NCBI RefSeq assembly: GCF_000315625.1
Contig: NW_005434607.1
Location: 1 to 64,000 of the forward strand
DNA length: 64,000 nucleotides
Origin: Guillardia theta CCMP2712
Taxonomy: Eukaryota; Protista; Cryptophyta
Direction: 5' to 3'
Shown: positions 1 to 10,250 of the stretch, piece by piece
Numbering within the stretch: position 1 is the first letter of the stretch
Layout: each line of letters begins with the position of its first letter
The notes under the pieces: model-generated
Database searches by the model: none
What the model was told of the DNA's origin: nothing
The model's input: only the letters and a program-made list of their open reading frames with translations
Program-made: the position numbers and the translations under genes

Positions 1-599
1 AGAAAAAAAAAGAAAAAAGAGGGGAAAGGGGGGGGGCGGGGGTGGGTGATATCAGTGGTACGCTTGTCACGGACAAAGACTCATACGCACACGTGTGAGG
101 CACGTATAGGGAAATAGGTTCATGTCGTAGACGACAGATGTAGTCTGTCGTGCCCGTTGTGTTCTAGTAACCGCAGCAGTGATTGCTGTGGTGCTCTCTC
201 TTCTTCCCAAGGTTGTGTGTTCATCATGAGGAGAAGGACACGGCAGGGCAGGCAGGACAGGGTGAGGGAAGAGACGGAGGGGAGGAAGAGGATGCAAAGG
301 TCAGAGGCGAATACAGCAGCGCAGGGTCAGGAAAAGAGACAAGCAAAAAAGGATGTAACACAGGTGTGTGAGAAAGGATAGGAGAAAACAGTTCCAGGCA
401 ATGCAGTGGATATACTATCTTGCTCATCAGTTGGAACGTCTAATGTTGACCCTTCAGCTCACCCAGCCTGACTGAGAAAGCTTCAGCCCCCTGCTCGACG
501 CTCGTCTCACCGCCAGCTCTTGCCCCTAGCAGCACGAACACGCTCTTCCCCTTCCCCGCCATCCCCGCCTCCCCTCCAGCTGCACCACGACCCTCCCCA

Positions 600-3500
600 T
601 CACTCGGCATCGCGTCGCTCGAGCACGGACCTGAGCCGTCGGCGCGCCTCAGAAGCACGGGTGTCGGGGATGTTGGGAGGCAGGGCGGCGCCTCGGAGCC
701 GTCGGATGCGTCGGATGTTGTACGAGTTGTCGCTAGCAAGGCTGCTCAGAGCCTCCATCGCGCTATCCTCCAACCACCCGCTGCCCTCATGCCTTTGCAT
801 CGCCCTCGCTACGGCCTCGATCGCTCCCGCCTCCCGCGCCCGCGCCTGGCTGTCTGCCATGCCCGCCGTCATGCTGCGCAAGGCCGTGCATCCGTCACAC
901 TGTAGCCATCGTTCGTCCACATGTGTGGACATGGCGCTGACAACGGCCTCGATCGCTCCCGCCTCCCGAGCCCGCGCCTGGCTGTCAGCCATGCCCGCCG
1001 TCATGCTCTCAAGCGCTTGGCATGCTGACCAATGCAAGCACATCTCGTCTGCGTGCGTGGACATGGCGCTGACGACGGCCTCGATCGCTCCCGCCTCCCG
1101 CGCCCGCGCCTGGCTGTCAGCCATGCCCTCTGTCATGCTGCACAAGGCCTTGCATCCATCATTTTGTAGCCATTGCTTGTCTGCGTGCGTGGACATGGCG
1201 TTGACGACGGCCTCGATTGCTCCCGCCTGCATGGCCGGGAGCTTGTTCTGCTCGTGGCTCTCGGCTATCGCTGTCAGCACCTCGCATAGTCCTTGCTGTA
1301 TCTTCGCGTTGCTCTGGTGCCTGGTCATGGCGCTGACGACAGCCTCGATCGCTTTTGCATCTCTCGCTGTGCCCTGGTATCGGAAGTACTGCATTGTGTA
1401 CTTCAGAGCCCAGCACGCAGCCTGCTGTACTTGCCAGTCGTCCGCATACCTATCGAGGCATCTCATGACGGCCTCGATCGCTCCCGCCTCCCGTGCTCGC
1501 GCCTGGTTGTCTTCGATGCGACCGGACGGTATGTCTCAGGGNNNNNNNNNNNNNNNNNNNNNNNNNNNNNNNNNNNNNNNNNNNNNNNNNNNNNNNNNNN
1601 NNNNNNNNNNNNNNNNNNNNNNNNNNNNNNNNNNNNNNNNNTCGTGGCTCTCGGCTATCGCTGTCAGCACCTCGCATAGTCCTTGCTGTATCTTCGCGTT
1701 GCTCTGGTGCCTGGTCATGGCGCTGACGACAGCCTCGATCGCTTGCGCATCTCTCGCTGTGCCCTGGTATCGGAAGTACTGCATTGTGTACTTCAGAGCC
1801 CAGCACGCAGCCTGCTGTACTTGCCAGTCGTCCGCATACCTATCGAGGCATCTCATGACGGCCTCGATCGCTCCCGCCTCCCGTGCTCGCGCCTGGTTGT
1901 CTTCGATGCGACCGACGGTATGTCTCAGGGCCCAGCACGCAGCCTGCTGTACCCCCGCGTCGACTGCGTGTGTGGACATGGCGCTGACGACGGCCTCGAT
2001 CGCTCCCGCCTCTCGCGCCTGCGCCTGGCTCTCGTCCCTGAAGCTGACAGTGAAGCGCAAGGCCGAGCACGCAGCCTGCTGTACCCCTGCGTCGAATGCG
2101 TGCGTGGTCATGGCGCTGACGACGGCCTCGATCGCTCCCGCCTCTCGCGCCTTGACCTTGTCAGCCTCCCCGTTCCGAGCCATGCTGACCAAGGCTTCGC
2201 ACGCAGCCTGCTGTACCTCCGCGAGAGCCTCGTACGTCCTCATCTCCTGCATCACTGCCTCTATGCTGTCGTCAGCTCCCGTCCTCAGCAGCCTCCATGC
2301 CTCCCTTGCCGGCTGCTCCATCCCGACCGGCAGCGCCTGAGCTCCCGTCCTCAGCGAGCTGAGAGCGTCGCTGCCCGTGGACTCCAAGGCGATGCAAGCT
2401 GACTCTTGCAGCTCCACGAGCTCTGCGTACTTGCGCTTCCTGACTCTCCTCGCCACCGCCTCGATCCCTCCCCCCGCTGCCTCTCCGATCCTTCTCCATG
2501 CAGCTTCTGCCATGCTGCGTATGCCTCGGCATAGCGACTGGTTGCCGGCCCCTGCCCGCTGCTGTCCAGGCGTCCTGTCTGACCATGTCCATGCAGCAGC
2601 CCCCTCATCCCCCTCCGCTCCGGCTCTTCCTACAGCTACCGCAAGCTCGGCGAACCTCGGGCGGTCCTCCTCCCTCGTCGCCCAGCAGCTCTCCAGCAGG
2701 GCCCACAACCCGTCCGGGCATCCTCCGAGGAGGTGCTCTCGAGGCAGCCTCCCACCCCCGCACACGTACCCGATCACAGTCGGGTCCGTCATGGGGTAGT
2801 AGGGGGTCATGCCCGAGGTCAGGATCTCCCAGCACGTGACCCCGTAGGCCCACACGTCGCTCTTCTCCGAGCACCGGCCTCTCTGCATCGACTCTGGGGG
2901 CATGTAGCGCACCGGCAGCGCTCGCCCCGCTACCCTCCCGTCACTCCCGTCCACCAGCTCCCCTGCCCGCCCGTACCCCGCCACCTTCACCGACGTCCTC
3001 CCCACGTCCTCCTTGTCGAAGCCCATGACCAGCACGTGCCGAGCCGCGAGGTCCCGGTGCACGACCCGCTGCTCAGCCAGGTGCTCCATGCCCTGCGCGA
3101 TCTGCTCCATCATCGCCATCTGGTGCCCTCGTGTCACCTGCCCCGCCAGCCTCCCCAGCAGAGCCTCCCTCAGCGACCCCAGCTCGGCGAGCTCGGTCAG
3201 CAGCAGGGGACAGCCGTCGGCGTCGTGGCTCTGCCCCATGTAGCGTACAAGCCGAGGATGCGGCCCGAGTCTGAGCATGACCGCGGCTTGTCTGCCGCCG
3301 TCGTCTTGCCTGAGCTTGAGCACGGCTACCTTGATCTTGCCGGGCCCTGCTCTCCTTCCTTGCTGGCGGAGGTGACCTATGTAGAGGGTCTGGGAGGAGC
3401 CTGCTGAGATAGGCTGCCGCTCCATCTCCACGTCGTGCCTGGGGACGAGCAGCGCGTGTCGCTCCTGCCACTCCTGGATGGCGCTGCGGAGAGCGAGGTT

Positions 3501-3683
3501 GGGGACAAGGTGGTCGGAGGGGAGGAGGGCGCCTGTGAGGGGGCTGGAGAGACGATGGCGGAGCCAGGTCTCGATGGAGGATCTCTGGTAGGTGTGGCCA
3601 TCGCAGCAGGTGACAGGGTCGGTCATGAGCGCCATGCTGATGGGGCAGATGAAGGACGGGAGCGCTCCCTGGTCCGCTGCCAT
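600..3683 (-). CDS. U-box E3 ligase - tyrosine-kinase-like (pseudo)kinase - armadillo repeat protein
   Basis: ATG at 3683 (MAADQG). U-box motif FICPISMALMTDPVTCCDGHTYQRSSIETWL...SPLTG...LVPNLALRSAIQEW; TKL motifs [29 protein letters not shown]...RP; ARM repeats VQQAACxAL...AREAGAIEAVVSAMSTH with 132-bp spacing. Spans the gap at 1542-1641; 3' end approximate. Confidence 0.88.
780..2270 (-). repeat. Coding tandem array of 132-bp (44-aa) ARM repeats
   Basis: acggcctcgat(c/t)gctcccgcct recurs at 811, 943, 1075, 1207 and further copies up to ~2120. Confidence 0.85.
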
Positions 3684-4115
3684 GGCGGGCCGAGGAGCGA
3701 GGGGAGAGGAAGGGAGGGGATAAAGGGGGTACGTGCATCGAGGGAGAGAGGGGGTGCGAGGCCGGTCTAGGGAGGGGTAGGGGGTGGTACGAGGAGGGGA
3801 GAAGAGGGAGGTGGGGTGGTCCAAAAAAGAAAAGCTAATCCTACCAGCGGCTACGGGGGGAGTGTAAAACTAAAAAAAAGAAGAATAAGTCTTGTTGCTG
3901 CCTTTTGTGTACGATGGTATCTTGCGGGTATGTCTTGTTGCTGCCTTTTGTGCATTTGGTGCTGATGGTCTGAGGCGGGTGGCTTTCTACTAGGGAGAGG
4001 ACCAAGGGGATCAAGGGGGGAACCAACGACATTGGCGACAAGAAGAAAGACTGGACATACAGAGCTGCAGGATCTAAGGATAGATTGCAATCATTTCAAG
4101 ATATCTGATCAAGAA

Positions 4116-4601
4116 ATGACAACGTGGATGTCTTATGCGCAAAAAACGAAACTGAATCCTTTGATTGTGAAGTTCAACAAGATCAATCTTGAGAACTCTT
4201 GCTTGAGTGATGTCAAGGACATCATCTTTGATAGGTACATGGAGTTGTGCAAGACAGAGATCAAGGAATTCAACCTTGACAACTTTATGTGCCAGATTTG
4301 CTGCTCTTGGACACCTTGTAAAGAGCGGAATATATCGGATGTGTGCAAGACCTGCAGAGATAATTATTTTGTATGGAGATGCTCTATGTGTGATGATGAT
4401 GTGTTTGAGCACCTCGACGCAATAGTAACCGCAGAATATCTGTGCGATGGATGCTATATGGAGGTGCCATACTGCAAGAGATGTTACGAAGAGGAGCTCG
4501 AGTTCTCATGCTGGAAATGTGGAGACATATACAAGCTGTGTAATGGATATGATGAGGACTGTTGCTCATATGGTTGCACGTCTGGAGACGAATGGTGGTA
4601 G
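4116..4601 (+). CDS. Uninterrupted, AT-rich, cysteine-rich (multi-CxxC) hypothetical protein
   Basis: ORF 4032..4601, first ATG at 4116; CQICC, CKTC, CSMC, CDGC, CKRC, CWKC. Visibly lower GC than the flanking genes. Confidence 0.5.
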   Translation: MTTWMSYAQKTKLNPLIVKFNKINLENSCLSDVKDIIFDRYMELCKTEIKEFNLDNFMCQICCSWTPCKERNISDVCKTCRDNYFVWRCSMCDDDVFEHLDAIVTAEYLCDGCYMEVPYCKRCYEEELEFSCWKCGDIYKLCNGYDEDCCSYGCTSGDEWW

Positions 4602-6336
4602 ACAACAAGGATCCAGGGGGTTACATTTTACAAACTGTGCACCTTCAATCCAAGCATATTTTTTCATCAATGTTTGGATGTTCATTCTTACAAATCTCCA
4701 ATACACTCTTCACAATCTAGCCTTCTTCTCTTGTGGCTACATTGTTCATCTTCACAATCTAGCCTTCTCCGTTATCTACTCTCCTCTCCGCCAGCCTTTT
4801 CCTCTGACCTGATCTTCTCTTCTCTTTGATCTGCTCTCCTTTCACCTGCTTCCCCTCTCCTCTCCTCTCGTGCAAGATCTTCTTCTCTCCGGTCAGATCT
4901 GCTCCTCGCAGTCTCTTCCTTTCCTTCTTTCCGTCTCTTTCCTTCTTCCCCCTTCTCCTCGCTCCTCCATCTCTCTTCACTCGTCCCCTCCCTTGTCCGC
5001 TCCCCTTGTCATTTCACTCCACTACCTCCCCCCTGTCCATTCCTCTTCTCCGCTCTCTGCTCTCTGCTTCTCCCTGCCCTGCTCGTCTCTTCTCCTCCTC
5101 TCTCCTCTCCTCTTCCATCTGTTCCCTTTGCTTTTCTGATCGCCTTTCTACTCTACTGGCTGAGGCTTGAAGAGAAGCAGCTCGACAGGTAAAACCAACG
5201 AGAGAGAAACGAGAGAAGAGAGAAAACGACAAGGGAAGGGAGAGAGAGAGGGTAAGAAAGGGGAAGATGAACAAGCCAGTAGACAACGAGAGATGTTTAC
5301 AAGATGTTTAGGAGAGGGTGAGAAAGAGGGGAAGAGAAAAAAAAGCAGAATCACGACCAGCAGCCAAGATGAGAAAGAGAGAGAGAGAGAGAGAGAGAGA
5401 CAGTGAGAGACAGAGAGACAGAGAGACAGAGAGATAGAGAGAGGATAAGACGTGAGGTATGTATGAGGAGACAGACTCGAGTCGATAAAGAAAAGAGGCA
5501 AGCGAGACAGGCGAGAGAAACTCACGAGGAAGAGGAACATCGAATGACAATGCGAGATGAATAGAGGCAAGACAAATCATCAAGAGATGATGTGCAACAC
5601 ATCACTACATATACAGATAGACGAGAAGCTGTACTGCAACAAACATCAAGAAAGTCATATCTAGAGAGAGACTATGAGAAGAAGAAGAAAATAGGAGGAG
5701 GAAGAAAAGGATCAAGAAAATTAAGGAGAGGACGAAAAGAAAGAAGCAAAACCAAGAACTAACAACGACATCGGCGAAGGTCTGAGACGAGACAACAAGG
5801 AATGAGCAAGGGAAGCAGAGAGGTCTGAGATTGAGTGAGTCAACCTTGCAGTCACTCTTGTCTTGTCTCTTCTTCTCCTTCTCTCCCCTCTCTTCTCCTC
5901 TTCACTCCTCCCCGTCCCTTCCCCTCCGTATCTTTCTACCCCCCTACCCCCTCACCCCCTCACCCTTGCGACATCAGCGTAAAAATCTACACAGACTACC
6001 GGGTCCTACCCCATCACTTTCACGACCACCTACCCATCTCGTCCCTCTCCTTCATGTACCCTCTAGCCCCCTCCCATCAAGAGAGGTCAATCTTTTCTTT
6101 ATTCGAGCCCGAGTGCCCTCAGTGACCGGGCCTGGCCCCGAGGCCCCGGGGCCGCGGCCCGGTGCTTCAGCTACTCCCGTCCCGGGCCCGAGGAGGGACT
6201 CCGGTGAGTAGAGGAAGAGAGCTGCGGGGCTGTACAAGACATGTGCTATCCGAGTCATACGGCAGTAGATGGCTCACTAGTGCAAGCACAAGCGATGAGA
6301 GGCCTAGACCAGTCTCCTCGCATGTCTCCCTAGTCA

Positions 6337-9101
6337 CTAGTAGATCCTGCACATGCTCGTCCCGCTCGAGCGACACATCGGGCATGACCTAGACGTTTCT
6401 GCCTCCTTGCAGTCCCNNNNNNNNNNNNNNNNNNNNNNNNNNNNNNNNNNNNNNNNNNNNNNNNNNNNNNNNNNNNNNNNNNNNNNNNNNNNNNNNNNNN
6501 NNNNNNNNNNNNNNNNTGCAGACGACGCATGGCTGCCCGCGCTCTCCGACGGCATCATCGTATCGCTGCTGAAGCTCTTCCGCAGCTCGCTGAAGCTCGG
6601 CCGCTCCTTGATCTTCTCCCGCCAGCACTCTCGCATGATCGCATACACTGCTGGAGGGCATGCAGCAGGAGCCGCTAGTCGCTCCCCGTCCACAACCTTG
6701 GGTCCTACAAGCTCATCGTCGGTGATGGCCCAGTAAGGGACTTTGCCGTAAGTCCAGACCTCCCACAGCGTCACCCCGAACGCCCACACGTCGCTCTTCT
6801 CCGAGTAGCGATGTCTCAGCAAGCTCTCCGGCGCCATCCATCGCGCCCGTCCAGCCCTCGAGCCTGCCGAGCTCTCGCTCCCTACCCGACTCACTCCGTC
6901 ACCGCGCCAGCCCATGATCCATCGCCCGTAGTCGGCTACCTTGACCCTCACCCCGAGGTGATCCTGCCCTTGCAGACTCCAGACAAGCACGCTCCTCGCC
7001 GCCAGCTCCCGGTGTACAACCTCGTGCAGCGACAGCTGCTCCATCCCGTCGCAGATCTGCCTGGCCACCTCCAGCTGCACCAGCTCACCTATCGTCTCCT
7101 CCTCCTCCGCGAAGCTGCGCAAGGTCCTCTCGAGAGAGCCCTGGCAAGCGTACTCAGTCACCAGGCAGTAGTCGCCAGAGCTTGGCTCGACGGTGACGGC
7201 GAGGAGGCCAAGCAAGCTGCGGTGACGGCCCAGCTGGTGCCAGGTCTTGAGCTCCTGCTCGAGAGCTTGTCTCCTGGCAGTAGCTCCGCTGCCTCGGATA
7301 CGTAGGATGGCCACGTCAGCGGTGCTGGCGTGCGGCTGCAGCCAGCGAGCCTTGTAGACGAGCTTGGAGGAGCCTGAGCCGACCTGACGACTGTCGACCA
7401 GGCTGTCGTAGTCCACCGATGGCACGCTTCCCAGCTGGAGACGAGAGGATCACGTCAGTCATCGACCCTCGTACAGACACAAACAGGACCTGAGAGACAG
7501 CGCCCTGCTGGTTGTCGTCGTCAGACGCCTGCTGCTCCGCGTCTCTCCGCTGGCGCTTGCGCTGGCGCTTCTTGCTCTTGTCGCTTCTACACCTCTCATG
7601 TCGCTCGATCCCCTCCTGCGCGGGCTTGACGCTGCCTTGCAGTGCCGCTGACAGAAGCTCCCCGCTCCATCCCCCGCCGCATCCAGCCCTCTATCTTGCT
7701 CGCCAGCTCCTCGTCCTGCCTCTCTCGCGCTGCCTCCGCCGCTGTTCGTCCCAGCGAGTCTCGCAGCTCCCCGAGCTCTCCGCCCCCGACCTCCAGCAGC
7801 CTCTCACAGACAGACCAGATGCCTCGCGCCGCCGCCACGTGCAGCGCCGAGCCATCGGACTCCACCACACACTTGATAGACACGCTGGTCACCCAATCAA
7901 AGTCACCTTGAAGACAAGCCTTCTGCGTCATGCTCCAAGGTCCCACACCCTCAAGGTATGATCCCTACTCCCGCTAACAGCCGTCTTGCCGTCCCCGCTG
8001 ATCGCCACGCTCCATACCGTATCGCTATGACCTCTAAGACAAGCCTTCTGCTTCATGCTCACAAGGTCCCACACCCTCAAGGTCCCATCCTTCCCCCCGC
8101 TGACAGCCGTCTTGCCGTCCTTGCTGATCGCCACGCGAAATACCATTTGACTGTGACCTCTAAGACNNNNNNNNNNNNNNNNNNNNNNNNNNNNNNNNNN
8201 NNNNNNNNNNNNNNNNNNNNNNNNNNNNNNNNNNNNNNNNNNNNNNNNNNNNNNNNNNNNNNNNNNGCGTCATGCTCTCAAGTTCCATACTGCAAGAAGT
8301 CCATGCAACTGCTGACAGCCGTCTTGCGTCCCGCTGATCGCCACGCTCCATGCCAGCGATATTACCTTTCCAGGCAAGCTTTGCGTCATGCTCCCAAGGT
8401 CCCACACACTCAACGTTTTATCCATGCCCCCCACTGACAGCCGTCTTGCCGTCCTTGCTGATCGCCACGCTGTTGATCCGACCACCATCACTCTCAAGAC
8501 AAGCCTTCTGCGTCATGCTCTCAAGGTCCCACACCCTCAACGCCTTATCCATGCCCCCGCTGACAGCCGTCTTGCCGTCCCCGCTCATCGCTACGCTCCA
8601 TATCGCTTTACTATGACCCTCAAGACAAGCCTTCTGCGTCATGCTCCCAAGGTCCCACACCCTCAACGTGTTATCCTCACTCCCGCTAATAGCCGTCTTG
8701 CCGTCGCTGCTCATCGCCACGCTCTTTACCCAGTCACTATGACCCTCGAGACAAGCCTTCTGCTTCATGCTCCCAAGGTCCCACACCCTCAAGGACTCAT
8801 CCCAGCTCCCGCTGACTATGGCCGTGACCCTCGCTGGTCCTACTGGATGCCTCTGCTTCAGTCGCTCTGCTCCTGCACTCACAACCAGCGCTCTCACTTG
8901 CCCCTCATCTCCTCTCTCGATCGCTTCGATCAGCTGCTGCCGCTTCCTCTCATCCTCCTCCATCCTCTCCCGCTCGTCGTCGGAGACCAGGCTCATCCTC
9001 CTCCTCGCTCGTCCTGCAGCCCCAGCAAAAGGACCTCTTGTCTTCCCTCGCTCCTCGCGAGCAGACTGTCTGCCGTCCAATACCCCGTGCAGCGTGTTCA
9101 T
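6337..9101 (-). CDS. Ankyrin/WD40 - tyrosine-kinase-like pseudokinase - RING finger protein
   Basis: Ankyrin-like [17 protein letters not shown] and [11 protein letters not shown]...[12 protein letters not shown] flank WD40 repeats ([31 protein letters not shown]). Kinase exon ~7437-6560 ([31 protein letters not shown]). RING halves GQPCVVC and C..CPMCR...RIY* lie on either side of gap 6417-6515. Start uncertain (gap at 9111); frameshifts near contig ends. Confidence 0.8.
7870..8825 (-). repeat. Highly similar 126-bp WD40 tandem repeats (about 7 or more units, gap inside)
   Basis: (a/g)agacaagccttctgc register at 7911, 8036, 8162 (cut by gap), 8496, 8622, 8748. Confidence 0.88.
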
Positions 9102-9779
9102 CGGCGGCCANNNNNNNNNNNNNNNNNNNNNNNNNNNNNNNNNNNNNNNNNNNNNNNNNNNNNNNNNNNNNNNNNNNNNNNNNNNNNNNNNNNNNNNNNN
9201 NNNNNNNNNNNNNNNNNNNNNNNNNNNNNNNNNNNNNNNNNNNNNNNNNNNNNNNNNNNNNNNNNNNNNNNNNNNNNNNNNNNNNNNNNNNNNNNTCCTC
9301 TTCCTCTGCTTATCCTACCGAGCTCTGTCAGGACCCCTCCTTTATCCCTCCCTCCCACCCCTACCCCACTCCCTTACCCCCCAGTCCCCCACCCCCCCTC
9401 TCCCGGATCTAGGGGGTGGTACGAGGAGGGGAGAGAAGGTACGGGGGGTGGTGCAACTAATCCTAACTACCGTACCGAGGAGGAGGGAGGGGTGGAGGAG
9501 CAAGGGGCGGGAGGGAGGGAAGGGGCGGGAGGGGTGGTGGGGTGGGGTCGAGAGTTCAACCCTCTTTCTCGGTCACGTTGTCCTCCCGGCTGCACTACAA
9601 GGGCCCGGGCCCGTGGAATGTCCCGGCCCGGGCCCCGGGCCCGGTCTCTCAGTGACGTTGCCACGGTCTAGGGTCTTGAGCCTCCGAGGCTCCGGTGACT
9701 GAGACGTGAAGAAGGTGATGCTGTGCCGCAAGACTGAGACGCGAACTTGGTGGGTGACATGGGGCAGACAGCCAGGCGT

Positions 9780-10129
9780 CAGCCGGGAGACGGGCAGGTG
9801 GAGGAGAAGCAGGAGAAGCTGAGAGATGGTACAGCTGGACCTGAGAGGTGAAGGAGGCGAGAGAGGACCTGGAGGACATCAGTCACCTCCGGCTCTCCTC
9901 CAGCTCGCGCTCCTCTCAGGTCGATGAAGGAGGAGGAGAAGAGGCTAGCTGATATGTCGTGCAGCAGTAAGATACAGGAGGTCATCATCGTCATCATCGT
10001 CATCATCATCATCATCGTCATCATCATCANNNNNNNNNNNNNNNNNNNNNNNNNNNNNNNNNNNNNNNNNNNNNNNNNNNNNNNNNNNNNNNNNNNNNNN
10101 NNNNNNNNNNNNNNNNNNNNNNNNNNNNN

Positions 10130-10160
<31 letters not shown>

Positions 10161-10182
10161 GTCATCATCATCATCGTCATCG

Positions 10183-10250
<68 letters not shown>

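Noticed and set aside
1252-1931. About 290-bp duplication (1252-1541 vs 1642-1931) in the ARM array
   Set aside because: The copies sit on either side of a 100-N gap and differ by only a few bases including an indel at the contig end; most likely unmerged overlapping contigs.
520-2340. 606-aa plus-strand ORF
   Set aside because: Antisense shadow of the GC-rich ARM-repeat coding sequence.
4759-5830. Several Ser/Leu/Pro- or Arg/Glu-rich ORFs
   Set aside because: CT/GA low-complexity intergenic DNA without stops; no domain signal.
6516-8430. Frameshifts in the WD40/kinase/RING gene (near 6560, 7935, 8270-8430) suggesting a pseudogene
   Set aside because: Mostly close to contig ends beside gaps, where sequence quality is low; not evidence of real inactivation without reads.
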